The notes beneath the pieces are model-generated. The model was not told the DNA's origin. It searched no databases and saw only the letters and a program-made list of their open reading frames with translations. The position numbers and the translations under genes were made by a program. Below, in pieces: positions 13,150 to 26,739 of a stretch of DNA of 64,000 nucleotides; position 1 is the stretch's first letter; each line of letters opens with the position of its first letter. The DNA is from Rhina ancylostomus (Eukaryota), in assembly GCA_030265395.1 (NCBI GenBank), contig JARFYF010000060.1:15292141-15356140 (forward strand), written 5' to 3'.

Positions 13150-13330
13150 AATGCTCAGCAGGTCAGGTAGCATGTGTGGAGAGAAACAGAATTAGTATTA
13201 CAGATCAAAAGCCACTCCTCAAATGTAAAGTCATCGGGTGTTCTGATAAAAAGTTATCAGCCTAAAATTTTAACATTGTTTCGCTCTCCATAAATCCTGC
13301 ATTACGTTCTAACTTTTTGTTTTATTTCAC
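13150..13330. mobile_element. Palindromic (inverted pair) pLTR element, old
   Basis: ctcagcaggtcaggtagcatgtgtggagagaaacag followed by the inverted arm ttgtttcgctctccataaatcctgc. Confidence 0.65.
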
Positions 13331-13959
13331 TGTTTTATCTCAAATTCCCCAACATTTGCAGTACTTTGTATTGGACAGATAGAAATTCAGAAAGAAACCC
13401 TACAGAATTATTTTTTGGAACTTCAGGAACTAGAAATCAACATAACCATCTGGAGCATTTCGGGGTAATATTTAATGGAGATTTATGTCCTAGATGGTAT
13501 GAATTAGGAACTCTCTATTAGGAATGGCCAATAATGGGGATACATGTCATATGACGGGGGTGATAATGAAGCACAAGGATTAAAAGCGCATATTGCGAAG
13601 CACACTCACCGATGAAATACAATTTTCCAAAAGGGGCAAACTGCAATTCATTCTATTGCTCCAATGGGCTGTTCAATGTGTTGCCGAATCCAGTGACATG
13701 CAGAATCTTTGTTTCATGTCTTCACAAGAAGCCTTCAAAATTTACTGGACACACAATCACTAACAAGTGCCACAACTCCAGAGCAAACAAACCATCCCAC
13801 TTCCATCTTAGTGAGATTTTCTTCCTTGTTTGCAAACCCCTCAGTGGCCCCTCTCCTCCAGTGTTCTCAGCTACATGGACTAACAAACTGGAGGAATGAA
13901 TTGAAACCCAACAGAATATACTGGGATTTAAAATCTAGTTATCTAAGCAAAACTGGAAT

Positions 13960-15930
13960 AAAAAAGATGAAATTAGTTGTGTCGGTCATGAAACTGCCAG
14001 ATTGCCATGCAGACTTCTCGGAAGTTTTTCTTCCTTACCCAGTCAGACCTGCAGATCCACACTAGTGTGGTTGACTCACTTCTCCTCTGAATTGGCCTAA
14101 CACAGCTGCTTTGTTGCCACGACAAGAATAAATGAAATGGACCACTGGGCATTGACCTTGCATCCTGAATACGATAAAAGCACTCACAGCTCAGCCAACA
14201 CTGCATAACATGCCAAAACTGGCCCACAGCCTAAATAACCTTTAGCAGGATAGAGTCATACAGAAGTGATTTTTTTTCCATTTGGGGGCTGGGTCATTAA
14301 CCTTGACACTCTCTTCCTCAAAAAAAGGTCAGCAGAAGCAGAGTCTTTGAATATTTTTAAGCCAGTAGATAGATTCTTGAAGGGGGTGAAAGGTTACCAG
14401 GGGAGGTTGAAAAGTAGAATTGGGGTTATAATCAGATCAGCCATGATCCTGTTGAACAGCAAAGCCTACTCTAGTAACCAAGTAGTCCTGCTCTGAATTC
14501 GTATGTTCATATGTACACAATCACACCCATCAAAGATGCTAATCTTCAAGCAATTCAAGTTACTCTATATGATATAAAATAAAGCTGAACATAGCAAAAT
14601 ACAGTAGGACTCTGGATACTAATAGCATTCTGAAGTGCTGAAGACATGTACTCCAGAACAAATCTCCAGCCAAACTGTTCCACTAAAGTTACAATGCTAG
14701 CATCTACTTGACAGTGGCAAACTGCCCAGTTTTGTTCTTTCCACTGAAGCCAGGATACATCTAAATTGGCCAATTACTGCCCCATTAGTTTACTCTCCAT
14801 CATCAAAGCTGACAGTCCAAGCAAGCTGCACACACAAATAACCTGTCCACCAGAGCTCAGCTTGGGATTCCATCAGAACCATTCAGCACTAGGCCTCATT
14901 ACAACTTTAGTCCAAGTATGGAAAATAGAGTTGAATTCCACAGAAGAGCTGAGAATAACTGTCTTTGACATCAAGGCAGAATTTAACACAGTGTGGCATG
15001 CAACAGCCCTAGTAAAAGTGAAGGCACTGAGATTAGTGAGAAAACTGTGCTGCAGTTGGAGTCATACCTAGAACAAAATGTTTGTTTGCAGGAGATCAAT
15101 CATCTCAGCCTCAAGTACACTGCTGCAGGAATTCCATGGGGCAGAGTCCCATGCTCAGTCAGATTACTCAGCTTGCAGGTCCAATCACTCCTCAGATAAC
15201 GTAGCAACACCTGCCCACATGCAGCAAAGCCTGGGCAACATTCGAGTTTGGCTTGACAAGGCAAAGATCTAAAACAATCTAACCACCTTCTCTTGATACT
15301 GAAAAACATTAGCACCAAATCCTAACATACAACAGCTGGAAATCACTTGTAAGTGGACCAGACTCAAATACTGTGGTTACAAAATTAAGTCTGAGGCCAA
15401 ATATTCTAGCATTTTCTGCTATATATTATAGCTCACCTAACTCCTCAAATCCTTTACAATACCCTTCACAGTACATTAGGAAATATCATTCATTTGCCTA
15501 CATAACTACAGCCACAACACTCAGCATCCAAAGGACAAAGTAGATCACTTGACTGACACCTGTCCATAATCTTAAACATTCATTCTCTCCTATATCACCA
15601 CAGTGTAGCTGTAATACATCTACAACTTGCCAAGATTTCCTTGCGAGACCAGCCAGAACCTGCAAACCTACCAACTGGAATGGGCAGCAACCACATGGGA
15701 TCACCACGACCTGCAAATTTATCTCCAAGTCTCTCACTACAATGCCTTGGAAATATTTCACTAACTTGTCAAAATATTAGAACATCCTCTCCGCTTTAGG
15801 AGTATATTCATCACATGGATTGCAGCAGTTCAAGACACCACTTCATCACCCCAGCCTCAAAAGCATTTCTGGCTATGGGCAATAAATGCTGGATCTGCCA
15901 GTGATACCTTCATCCAGAGAATGAAAAAGA
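13960..15930 (+). mobile_element. Second CR1/L2-group LINE family, decayed RT and 3' end; interrupted by a CR1 tail at about 14255-14510
   Basis: ORF 14766-15071 NYCPISLLSII...GFHQNHSALGLITTLVQVW...FDIKAEFNTVWH matches non-LTR RT domains (NYRPISLLS, QFGFR, DIxxAFDxVWH); also AGIPWGRV, a decayed GVPQGSV. Confidence 0.8.
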
Positions 15931-17149
15931 TTCCAAGGGTTTCCCTTCCACTAACACCAGGCTCTTCATTGGACCCAATTGACTCCCAGATTCTTCAATA
16001 ACTCCAGGATTCCCTCACTTGTCAAGTTCAGCATTTCAGAATTTGTGGTATCTATTGCTACAGCACTTGATCCAGGGTTAGTTCTTTTTTTTTTACACAC
16101 TAAACTGATATTAATGTAATATTAATAAAGATTGATGGTTTAGAATTATTTGATTAGGATACAAGAAATTGAAATTGAAGAGGCCATAGGTTCCTCATGC
16201 CTGCTCTACTGTTCAATAAGATCAAGGCTGATCTTTTACCCTCGATTATGTTAGTGTATGTATGTATGTGTGTGTATGTATACACAAGAAATCCAAGGAC
16301 TGTTAGGGTTGGTGAGCTTGGGGAAAACTGGGAAGGAGCTGAATGGATGGTCTGAACCTTGCTGACAATGCCCATGGGTTCCTCTCAGTTGCTATTGGAG
16401 GCAAGGTGGAGGAACAAGATAGAAAGATTTATATAGGTAGTGGAGAGGCTGTGGGATAATCTACAATGTTTCTGTCTTTCCTCTTGTACAACCTATAGTC
16501 TCCTACTAATCAAAATCCCTTTGCTCAAATGCATGATTCCACCTTGATCAACAGTAAATTATATCAGCCAATAAGCAGCCTGAAATTTACTTTAAATAAC
16601 TTATTTAAAAAAATTACAAGACAGGCTGTCTGGAAGAGACAGAAACAGATATAGAAAGTGAGAAAAAATGAGAAGGGATAAATACAGGCCTCTATGTTTA
16701 TACTGTGATATTGAAAACAATTGTTCACAGATTTATGTTATGTTGCTGTGCTATCTATTTATTACATTAGCTGCAGTGAGTTAGGAAAATACAGGCATGT
16801 TCTTGGAAAATAAGTCAATGCTTCACTGTCTCTGCACAAAACATTTGGAAACCTCTTTCCAAAATTCCTCAATAATAATTATATACACCAGAAAACCCCT
16901 CCCACTTACAATGCACGACCACCAACTCTCTCCCTTTTCCTCTACACAAAAAATATCTTGCACGGCATAAAATAGCATTTCTGTGTCTAAGGCTATTAGA
17001 TTAACAAATCACAATGAACTCTCTTTTTCTCCAAAAAATGCAGAAAAAGGGATTGGTAACTGTCCAAATTCTAAACAAATTTCCCATGAAATCTAACTGA
17101 GCACCACTGCTTGGTTTGCTGACTACTTTGTGGATCACCTGCATTCACT

Positions 17150-19010
17150 CCACAGAGATGACTCTTGGCTTCCCGTTGCACTCAGAGTTATCTGAAGCCT
17201 CCTGCACTTTCACAACAAGACTTAACACAAGCTTGAGGAACAGCAGTTGATCTTCCATCTGGGCACATTGCACCCCTCTGGGCTCAATACAGAATTCTAC
17301 AACTTTAGGTAACTTACTTTCTCTGTCTGTCAGAATAGGCTTGTTCTTCCATCTGTGATATTGACTCAGATTTTCTCTCTCCATTAGTAGAGCCTGACCT
17401 GCTGGGCAGGTTCCACTGCCCGGCATTTTGCAACCTTTACATTTCCATCTCTGTGATCTCACTTTCTAACTGTCCTCATTTCATAGATTTTACAAACAAA
17501 GGACCATGTTCTCTGTCCTTCACTGGTATCATTAACCCATGGACCAGATAGCCTCATTTACAACACAGTTTTGTGCATGGGAAATTGTGCCAGACAAATC
17601 TCTTAGAGTTCCAGGAGGTAACCAGGAAGGTAGATGAGGGTAGGGCAGTGGATGTCGTCTATCTGGACTTCAGCAAGGCCTTTGACAAAGTCTAGTCTGG
17701 AAGGTTAAAATCACATGGGATCCAGGGGGAGATAGCAGATTGAATTCATAATTGGCTCAGTGGTAGGAAGCAGAGGGTGGTGACTGAGGGTTGTTTCTCA
17801 GACTTGAGACATGTCTATAGTGATGTGTCACAGGTGTAGGTGCTGGGTCCTTTGTTGTTTGTAATTTATATTAACAATTTGGATGTGAATCTACAAGGCA
17901 TGGTAGAAAGTTTACAGACGATACTAAAATAGGTGGTGTTGTAGATAGTGTAGAAAGTTATGAAAAATTACAGAAGGATCTTGATCAGCTAGGTATGTGG
18001 GCTGAGGACTGGCAAGTGGCTTTCATTCCAGATAAATACCAGGTATTGCATTTTGGGAGATCAGACCAGGGTAGGACTTGAACATTGAATGGTAGGGAGC
18101 AGGGGAGTATTATGGAACAGAGGGACCTAGGAGTGGGCATGCATAGTTCATTGAAAGCAGCATCACAGGTAGACAGGATGGTGAAGAAGTCATTTGGCAC
18201 ACTGGCCTTTATCATCAGGGCATTGAGTATAGGAGTTAGGAAGTTATGTTGCAGTTATACAAGACATTGGTGAGGCCACACTTCTAGTATTGTGCAATTT
18301 TGGTCACCCTGTTATAGGAAAGATGTCAAACTAGAAAGAGTGCAGAAAAGATTTACCAGGATGTTGCCTGGACTTGGGGGGCCTGAGTTACAAGGAGAGG
18401 TTGCATAGACTAGGACTTTATTCCCTGTAACATAGGAGATTGAGAGGTCACCTGATAGAGGTATACAAGATCATGAGGGGCACAGAGAAGGTGAAAGCAC
18501 AGTCTTTCTTCCATGGAGGGGGTGCTAAAAACAAGAGGGCATAGATTTAAGATCAGAGGTAAGAAATTTAAAAGGGACAGCAGGGCCAGCTTCTTCACGC
18601 AAAGGGTAGTGTGTATTTGGAATGACCTGCTTGAAATAGTGGTTGAGGTGGACACATTAGCACCATTTAAAAGCCACCTACATAAGTACATGGATAGAAG
18701 AGATTTAGAGGGCAATGGGCCAAATATGGGCAGATGGGACTAGCTCACTTGGCAACATAGTTGGGATGGATGTTGGCCCGAAGGGCCTGTTTTCATGGTG
18801 TATAACTCTATAGCTTTATCCCCAGGGCAATCTTAGCCTCATCCTATCAGAGGTATTCCCTTTGTCCTATTCATCCTCTCCCCACCTTCCCTGCAACTGG
18901 ATACTAATTTTCTCTCCTCCCAGTTCTGACAAAGTGTCATTGATCTGAAACCAACTCAGTTTCTCTTTCCAAAGATGCTGTTTGACCCGTTAAGTGTTTC
19001 AAGCACATTT
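17150..19010 (+). mobile_element. PLE 3' end (endonuclease-side ORF C-terminus plus pLTR), interrupted by a CR1
   Basis: 17228-17332 encodes KLEEQQLIFHLGTLHPSGLNTEFYNFR*, typical of the PLE GIY-YIG-side C-terminus; the pLTR with decayed hammerhead resumes at 18815-19010. Confidence 0.75.
17555..18812 (+). mobile_element. CR1 LINE, 5'-truncated, RT to 3' tail
   Basis: VDVVYLDFSKAFDK, LGPLLFVIYINNLD, FTDDTK, EQRDLGVGMHSSLK, TRGHRFKIRG..FFTQRVV. Confidence 0.93.
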
Positions 19011-19299
19011 TGATATCACTGATTGGTTGTGCAGTAACAGAGTAGAATCTTTCTTTAAAAGTAAATAAATTATATTAATAATGAAAATGGGATGAATCTA
19101 CTTGTTATAAACAGATCATAACAAAGTTCACCCCATAAAGCGGGGCACAATGCAGTGTGTGTGAGCTTTAATCTATAGATTAAACCAGCATCCATTTCAT
19201 TATCACTGGGGACATCCAAATGAAAAATAGGGCAGCTAAAAATTAGAGAGGCTTTGCAAAAATCATTTGAGGATTAAGATAATTTCTACTCACAACTAC

Positions 19300-19615
19300 A
19301 ACCCTTAGAATCAAAGGTGCCGTTCATGCCCAATTTGTGGGTTCTGAAGTGGCTAGAGAGACCAATGTAGGAACCGCAGACTTTCACAAATGCGGGAGGA
19401 GGTGCCTGACAGGGTAGGTGGGTGGCAAGTTTGTAAGGTAGCCCACTTTTTCTGTCACTTATCCATAGCCCTTGAGTGTTTCTGATGCCTCAGGTTTTTC
19501 CAAATGCTCCTTATGCACTCAAGGGCCAGAGATTCCCAGGATTCAGTGGGTATGTTATCTTTCTTCAGAGGCTTTGAGCACTTCCTCTAATCTTTTTCTC
19601 TGTAATTTCCAGAGG
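19300..19615 (-). mobile_element. RTE-clade LINE 3' fragment
   Basis: Minus strand encodes a KRLEEVLKA / NIPTESWESLA-like C-terminus, homologous to 50380-50570. Confidence 0.65.
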
Positions 19616-19619
19616 ACCA

Positions 19620-20140
19620 CAGGAGCGGTGTAACTGTGACACCTTCAAGAAAGAGACAATTCTGAAAGTGGTAACTGCAGAGGGGTCCTTCTGCTATCTG
19701 CTTCAGGGAAAGCCATGGCCACTGTCTTCCTCCCAGTGGCCAAAGAGCTGCTCCACAAATCAAAGTGTGGATTCCATCTAGAAGCAGTGCGCATAACCTT
19801 CAATGCACAACTGCAAAATAAAAAATGCAGGGAACATTGCAAAGTCCTACATTTGGCTATTTTCAATCTCAAAGCCTCCAACTCCACTATTCAGGAGGGA
19901 CCTTGGAGTACCCTTCCCAAAGTAGGCTGCCCACAGAAATTCATTTCCATTATGCACTTTCTCCAAGGCAGGCAAGCTGTGGTATTAACCAATGGATCTA
20001 CAACAGAACCATTCTCACTAAAGTGTCAACAAAGCTTTGTACTAAAACTTTCCTCAATCCTTCTTGCTGCAATGTTCTAAATCATCTCCAAATTTCCTGC
20101 GGGAATGAAACTAATCTTTAGTAGTAGGAAGCTATTCACA
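19620..20140 (+). mobile_element. RTE-clade (BovB-like) LINE RT fragment
   Basis: CGF...QLQNKKCREH..LHLAIFNL...WSTLPKVGCPQKFISI resembles RTE RT (QCGFR, QLQEKCRE, AFFDLTKAFD, KFGCPxKF). Confidence 0.8.
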
Positions 20141-22462
20141 ACTACAAGAAAAAGCACAATGGCAGACAATGCTGTAAAAAGTTCCAACATTTTTACATGT
20201 TGTGTAGTCTCACAACCTATTACCATTAATTAATTAGAAAATGAAGTTCCTAATCATTAGACCCTGAGTGAAAAGGAATGATTATCCACTGTGCTAAAAA
20301 TGGTTGGATCAACAAGCATCACAAGTGGCTTCCATTGCTGCTTATAGGACCTAATATGATTTACACATCCTTACGGTCCTCATCCAACTCCTTACTTCTA
20401 GAGCCCGCATTAACATTAAACGCCTTATTAAAATGGTTCTGCTTCAAGCACAAGTTATACCATTTTTGACAGCATGCTCCTGCTTGCACTCATGTCAATC
20501 ACTGGCAAATATTTGTTTCCCCAATGTCACCAGTGGCAAACTAAAGGGGAGGTCAGAAACTGCCCTGCAAGGTAGAGTCAGCAGAGCAAACATACAAGCA
20601 GGTCTATCAGAAAGGGAACCAACCAACAAATCTCCACATTATTGTTCCTTTAGTGACACAACCAGCAAAGAGCAGAGACCAAAAAAAAATGAATAGCAGC
20701 TTTTGCCAAGGCTGATCCATCCAGTGGAGGACGGTCCTGTGGTCAACATCAGACCAGTTGGCCAGGAAAGAAATAAATCTATAGCGATAAAGATGGAATG
20801 GTGCTCTGATGTGGGTCTGAGTAAAATGGACCAAAAAGTTCCAAAAATATGATTATCAGACAGACAGAAACACAGACAGCCACACTATGTCTGTCTTTGC
20901 TAGGAGGGTAACCTCATCCCTGTAATATCCAGCCTGTAACCCTCCATTGTAGCGACATCACACCCAACTGAAAACTATTCATTTAACAAGACAGCAACCT
21001 CCACAGCCTCGTTGTACCACTTCACAATCTCTCTGGCTCAGTCACTTGGATTCGCCAAATCACAGGGATTCTATCCTTGGTTACAACTGGTAAATAGCAC
21101 ACTGAAGAATGGAGCAAAAATGGGTTTACATTAACCCCCATTCACTGACATGGTGGCATTCACGTTTTGCTTCTCATTCCAAATAACATGGTGCTGTAGC
21201 AACAATTTGCAAGGACTTAGAGCCTACAATTCCAACCCTCCACAAAGAACATCAAGATATTTATGCCTCCAGCAACGTCATTAAAGTAAAAAGGCCACCA
21301 CATCAATGTAAGTCTACCTCTTTTCCGCAGACTAATTTGTATTCTTGAGCGACAACAGTACAAGCATGGACCCAGCAAGTAATTGTNNNCCCACCTCCAT
21401 GCCTGTCAGTCCTCAGTTCCTCTTCCCATCCAGGTCCCAGCCCCAACACTACCATGTGCATTCAGCAGGCTCCTCTCCTAATCCCTCAAACTACAGAGAA
21501 GATACATGCGAAATTGTTCACTCACTGCCTGCACGTGATGCCTGTTATTGGCACAAGTGATGGGAACTGCTCAAACTTTAAGCCTTACAAATTTCACTGA
21601 GAGCAGAACTCTTCACTGAACCTTAAAGCTTGAATATTCTGTATCTCTTATAGAGCAAGAAGAAAGGTTAATCTAATTGCATCTTAAATCTGTTCTATAC
21701 CCACCCAACCAGACACCTATAGAAGAGGGGTGGACGTTGTGTAAGCTGCACTCAGCAGACTGTCATTCACTGTATGGATGGTACAAGCCTGCCATTAGCT
21801 GGATTTCTGTTTAATTATAAACCAAGTACTGAAGAGATGCCAACAATTGTTCCGTCATTGCCAAACAAAAGCAGTAAACACTCATTGACCAATTAGAGGG
21901 GCTGCCAGAATGACAGACAGAAAGATCACAAATCCCCTCAAATGTTCCTCACCCGGCAAAACTAGAATTAGCCTCCAATATGCTTGTGGTAAAGCTGGTG
22001 CTACAATCAGAACCCCATGAATTCTGTGCCACCAACTATTACCATGCAGTATCCAAGTCCTCAGCTTAACATTCTATTAAAAGATGGATAACACTTCCAA
22101 ATTCACCCAAATGCGCACATCCTCACAGGTCTGGCCTTCAGACCAAGTCTGTCCCAGTCTGGCTGCCTGCCCCAGGACAACTCCTGGAAATTCTCATCTG
22201 TAAACACTGCCTTTGAGATTCTGCCCGGCACAAATGTGGACAAAAGGCTGTTCATGCAGCAGACTCCTTGTGGAAATCATCTAAGCATAAATTTAACAAA
22301 TCATAACAAATGAAGAGTAAAAACAGACACGTTTTTGCTATGGATACAGTTTTCTGTTCTCATTAGTTGTGTCTCACTCTGATGCAGTTATCTGATCAGC
22401 TACTACAAATCAAGCACCCCCATTTTTATGGATGAAACTAGGTTCAAACATTGGATTCATTC

Positions 22463-22480
22463 TGTCGCCACCTGGTGATC
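22463..22480 (-). promoter_or_regulatory. CTCF-like motif
   Basis: TCACCAGGTGGCGAC closely matches the CCACCAGGTGGCG core; a CpG is retained in CpG-poor surroundings. Confidence 0.3.
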
Positions 22481-22749
22481 CAAACAACCATCCTGCCATC
22501 CAGACCTATTTTGGAGGAATTATACACATTTGCTCAGAAAATAACTTGAAACACATTTGCACATAAAATGTTAAAGTCTTACAGACACATCAGTCTTAGT
22601 GCCTCCAGCATGTTCAGCATGAAGTTACTTTCACTGGTCACACAATGTGGCTGGCAGTCCAAGAGTTGCAGAGCTAGCTGGTTGCTTATTTCACCTGGAG
22701 ATTCCTTAAGGACAAATTCCCCAAGAATTACTTCCCCATAATTTCATTA

Positions 22750-22985
22750 CTGGTGAAGAGTGTTAATGCATTAAACAAGATAAAGCAGATGAATGTGTGG
22801 CTCGACAGATGGTGTAGAAGGGAGGGCTTTCAATTACTGAGGAAGTTCATCTGTTTCAGGTGGTGATGGGATATCTACCAGCCAAATGGGTTGCATCTCA
22901 ACAGGAATGGAAACAATGTTCGGGGGAGGGGTGGATTTTGCTGGTGCCATTGGGGAAGAGTTTAAACTACTTTGGCCAGGGGGTG
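22750..22985 (+). mobile_element. CR1 ORF1 SGNH-esterase C-terminal fragment
   Basis: IKQMNVWLDRWCRREGFQLL...WDIYQPNGLHLNRNG matches the CR1 ORF1p esterase (NxWLxxWC..GF..DGLHL). Confidence 0.85.
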
Positions 22986-23244
22986 AAGCTGGAAGGTAGG
23001 ATCAGAAGGGAGAAAAGCTAAGCTGCAAACAGAAGGTAGAGGTTCAGGTAGGGGGCAACGGCAATGGTGCAAGGCAATGACTGCCAGAGTGTACAAGCAA
23101 ATAGAGTCAGAGGCAGAAAAAAAATCAGATAAGATTAAAAGGGGAAAACAGAAAAGTGAAAATGGAAAAAAAAGTTCACAGATTAGGTCAGCTCAAAGAC
23201 TTTACTGAGGTCAGTGAAAATGGAGATGATGTAATAATGAAAAT

Positions 23245-23355
23245 CAACAATTGTGGATGCTGGAAATCTGAAATAAAAACAAAACACTGGAAACACTCAG
23301 CAGGTCAGGCAGCATCTGAGAGGAGAGAAGCAATTCACATTTCAGGTCTGGGTCT
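23245..23355 (-). mobile_element. pLTR fragment
   Basis: gatgctggaaatctgaaataaaaac...actcagcaggtcaggcagcatct. Confidence 0.75.
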
Positions 23356-23589
23356 GAACTGGAATGACACAACTAAATTTCTTTTTACCATGCAAACATA
23401 AAAAGATGACAAGCAAAACTGCAGAACAACAGATTGCCCTTAAGAGATGGTTCAGATACAATTGAAGCACAATCCCATGAGAGCAAAGAAAGAAAGCATG
23501 CAAAACTCCATGGATGAAGGAAGACATACTGAAGATAAAGTTTAAAAAAAAAAGTGGCTGCTTGTGACAAGATTCAGATTACAAATACT

Positions 23590-24580
23590 GGTGAAAACTA
23601 GAGTTGTTGACAGTTGATGTGGTGTACATGAACTTAGAGGATATTTTTGAATGTGGTTCCACAACAAAGTTTAAGCTTGTATTCATTGATAGCCTGGATA
23701 GAATAGTAACGATGTAACAGACAGAAGACCATGGTAAATGGCTGTTTTTCAGACTGGAGGTGAATAACGGTGTTACCGTTAGCTTCACTGCTATTTTGTT
23801 TTTTTTCAAACCTGTATTTTCATCTGTAGACTTGGAAGCTGTAAGCCATGATCTGTAAATTTGCAGATGACAAAACTCGGCAGTATTGTGTACTGCGTAC
23901 TGCAAAGTGGATAGTAATAAATTGCAACAGGAGTAAGCAGATTGGTGTAATGGGTAGACGTGGCAGATGAAGTTCAATGTGAAGAAATGCAAGGTGATGC
24001 ATTTTGGCAGGAAGAATGAAGAGAGGCAATATAAAATAAATGACGTGGTTCTAAAAGGGAGCAGAGGGATCTGGGAGTACACATGAGATTAAGAAAGTGG
24101 TTAATAATACATACACAATTCTGGACTTTATCAAAAGAGGCATTGAGTACAAGAGGAGGGAAGACAAACTAAATCTCAAGAAAAGATTGGTTCAACAGCA
24201 CCTAAGCTATTGTGTTCAATTTTGCTAACTTCATTATCAGGAGGATATGAAGGCATTAAGGAAGATCCAGAAAAGATTTACAAGAATGGTTTCTAGAATG
24301 AGGTATCAATTATGAAGATACATTAAAAACACTGGGGCTGTTTTCTTTAGCTGTGGGGAGAGCTAATAGAAGTACATAAAATGATGAGTGGTCTGAACAG
24401 AGAGGATAGTAACCCATTGGTGAACCCAAGGTTCAAGGATTTGGAGGCCATGGGTATAAAATAAAAAAAAGGGAGACAATTAAGACAGACCAGAAGAAAA
24501 CAAATCTTTACATAGTGCATGTTTGGAATTCAGAATACACTGCCTGCAGATGTGGCAGAGGCAGGTTCCACTGTGGCCTT
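23590..24580 (+). mobile_element. CR1 ORF2 fragment, decayed
   Basis: KFADDKTR, WQMKFNVKKCKVMHFGRKN. Confidence 0.85.
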
Positions 24581-25512
24581 CAAACCATGAAATTATAGGC
24601 CAGTGAACCTTACAGTGGTAGGTAAATTACTGGGGAAAATTCTTTGGGATAGGATCTACATGCATCTGGAAAAGCATAGACTTATTAGGGACAGTCAGTA
24701 TGGCTTTGAGCAGAAGTCACATCTTACAAACTTGATTGACTTTCTTTGAGGAGGTGATGAACATGGGTTGAGGATAGGGCAGTGGGTGTTGTATGCATGG
24801 ACTTTAGTAAAGCTTTTCAGAAGGTCCATCATGGTTAGGCAATCCAGAAGATTAAGGCACATGGGATCCAATGGAGACATGGTAGATTAGATGCAAAACT
24901 GGCTTGGCCATAGAAGTCAGAGTGTAGCAGTGAAGGGGCGTTATTCTGACTGGAGGTCTGTTACCAGTGGTGTTCCACAAGGATCAGTGCTGGAACCTCT
25001 GGTGTTTGTGATATCTATAAATGATTTGGATGAAAACATAGTTGGGCTGATTAGAAAGTTTGCAGATGACACAATAATGGTCAGACCTGTGGATAGTGAA
25101 GAAGGTTGTCAAAGGTTTCAGCAGCATATAGACGAGTTGAAAATGTGGGCAGAGAAATGGCAGATGGAACTTAATCTGGACAAGTGTGAGGTGTTGCACT
25201 ATGTATGAGGAAAGTATACCGTGAATAGCAGGACCCTTAGAAATATTGTTGTACAGAGTACCTTTTAGGGAGCAAGTCCATAGCTCCCTAAAAGTGGCAA
25301 CACAAGTACATAGGGTAGTAAAGAAAGCAAACGGTATGCCTGTTTTCGTCAGTCAGGGTGCTGAGTATAAAAGTTGGGAAGTAATGTTACAGCATTTGGA
25401 CAAACACATGAACAGGGAGGGATTGGAGGGACATAGATGTGAAATTTAAATTGGCATCACCTTCAGCACATGCATTGTAGGCTGATGGCCTGTTCTTGTG
25501 TTGTTCTATGTC
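24580..25512 (+). mobile_element. CR1 RT fragment with internal deletions and 3' tail
   Basis: ORF 24891-25208 contains VTSGVPQGSVLEP, INDLD, FADDT and WAEKWQMELNLDKCEVLH. Confidence 0.93.
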
Positions 25513-26416
25513 CTTAATAAGGAACTGGATAAAAATATGGAGAGTAAAAAATTGCAAAGTACAGAGAAGGGACCTGGATGGAACTAGCAAGTTACTATGG
25601 TAGACAGCTGTGCATACATGATGGACTGGACGGACTCTTTCCGTGCTGTACCGCTTCAGTATCTGCAATTCTATAATTGATATTATGAATAGGTGTGCAA
25701 CAGCCAGAATAACCTATTTAGTGATGTCAGTTGAGAGATAAATATTGGCAAGGATATGAAAAACAAAACTCTCCTGTTTATCTTTGTATAGTGTTATTGG
25801 ATCTTTCACAATCCAAACAACATTGGGATTCTGAACATGGAACATATCTTGTAACCACTGAAGAGACTGAATCCACAAAATTCCAACTGAAGAGCTGAGA
25901 ACACTACCAAATGAGCCAAAAATGACCCTCATCTAAATTACTGTGAACATATCACGTGCACATCATCAATCAAGTAGTCTCCCACCAGTTAACAGACATC
26001 AGTCCATAATATGTATGTTCCCCGCACTACATATGTACATATTGGAGGTCTTATTGATGACAAAAGAAAGTTTGGTACTGTATGAAAAATGCACATTGAA
26101 TGGGAGCCAAGTGGTGGTATGAAACTGCACTATGCAGAGAAGGCAAATGATTATGTGCTGAATACAACTGACTCTCAATTGTCCAGAAGTGCCTCTGTGG
26201 ATACTACATAAATGATAGTAACACAAAGAAGCCTAGTAACCATAGCATCAGCCTGTCCATGGGGACTGTGGGCTATATCTTGGGTTGAGCACCACCGATA
26301 CCTGTATTCTCTGAACCAGCAAGTTTTCAGCAGGGTTATATCTGGATTTCTTCCCTTATTCCCATCAACTTCCCCCAGATTCTACTGCTCACCTAGACAA
26401 TAGGGTGTATTACGAT

Positions 26417-26588
26417 GACCAATTCACCTACCACCCTGTATGTCTTGGGACACAGGAGGAAAATGAAGACCCCAGTGGAAACCCATACAGTTACAGGGAG
26501 AACATGCAAACTCCACATAGAGTACTGGAGCTCAGGGTTACAAGAGCTATGAGGCAGCAACTTTCCTAGCTGCACCCTTGTGCCACCT
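26417..26588 (-). mobile_element. V-SINE (HE1-like)
   Basis: gggagaacatgcaaactccac and gtggaaacccatacag core remnants; tRNA-like head ending gtgccacc. Confidence 0.75.
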
Positions 26589-26739
26589 AAAATTTCTTCT
26601 CATCTCAAACTTGAAAACATCAGTTTAATCTCTCCTTATAGGATTATTATTATACATTTCGCTACCATGCAATAAAATCTTGTTCCTTCTCTTCAACTTC
26701 AAATTTCCCTTCTCCAGAGCTCTCCATCTAACAACTTAA

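Noticed and set aside
21930-22270. Possible very old PLE RT remnant
   Set aside because: Only a vague resemblance; no clear motif could be read in any frame.
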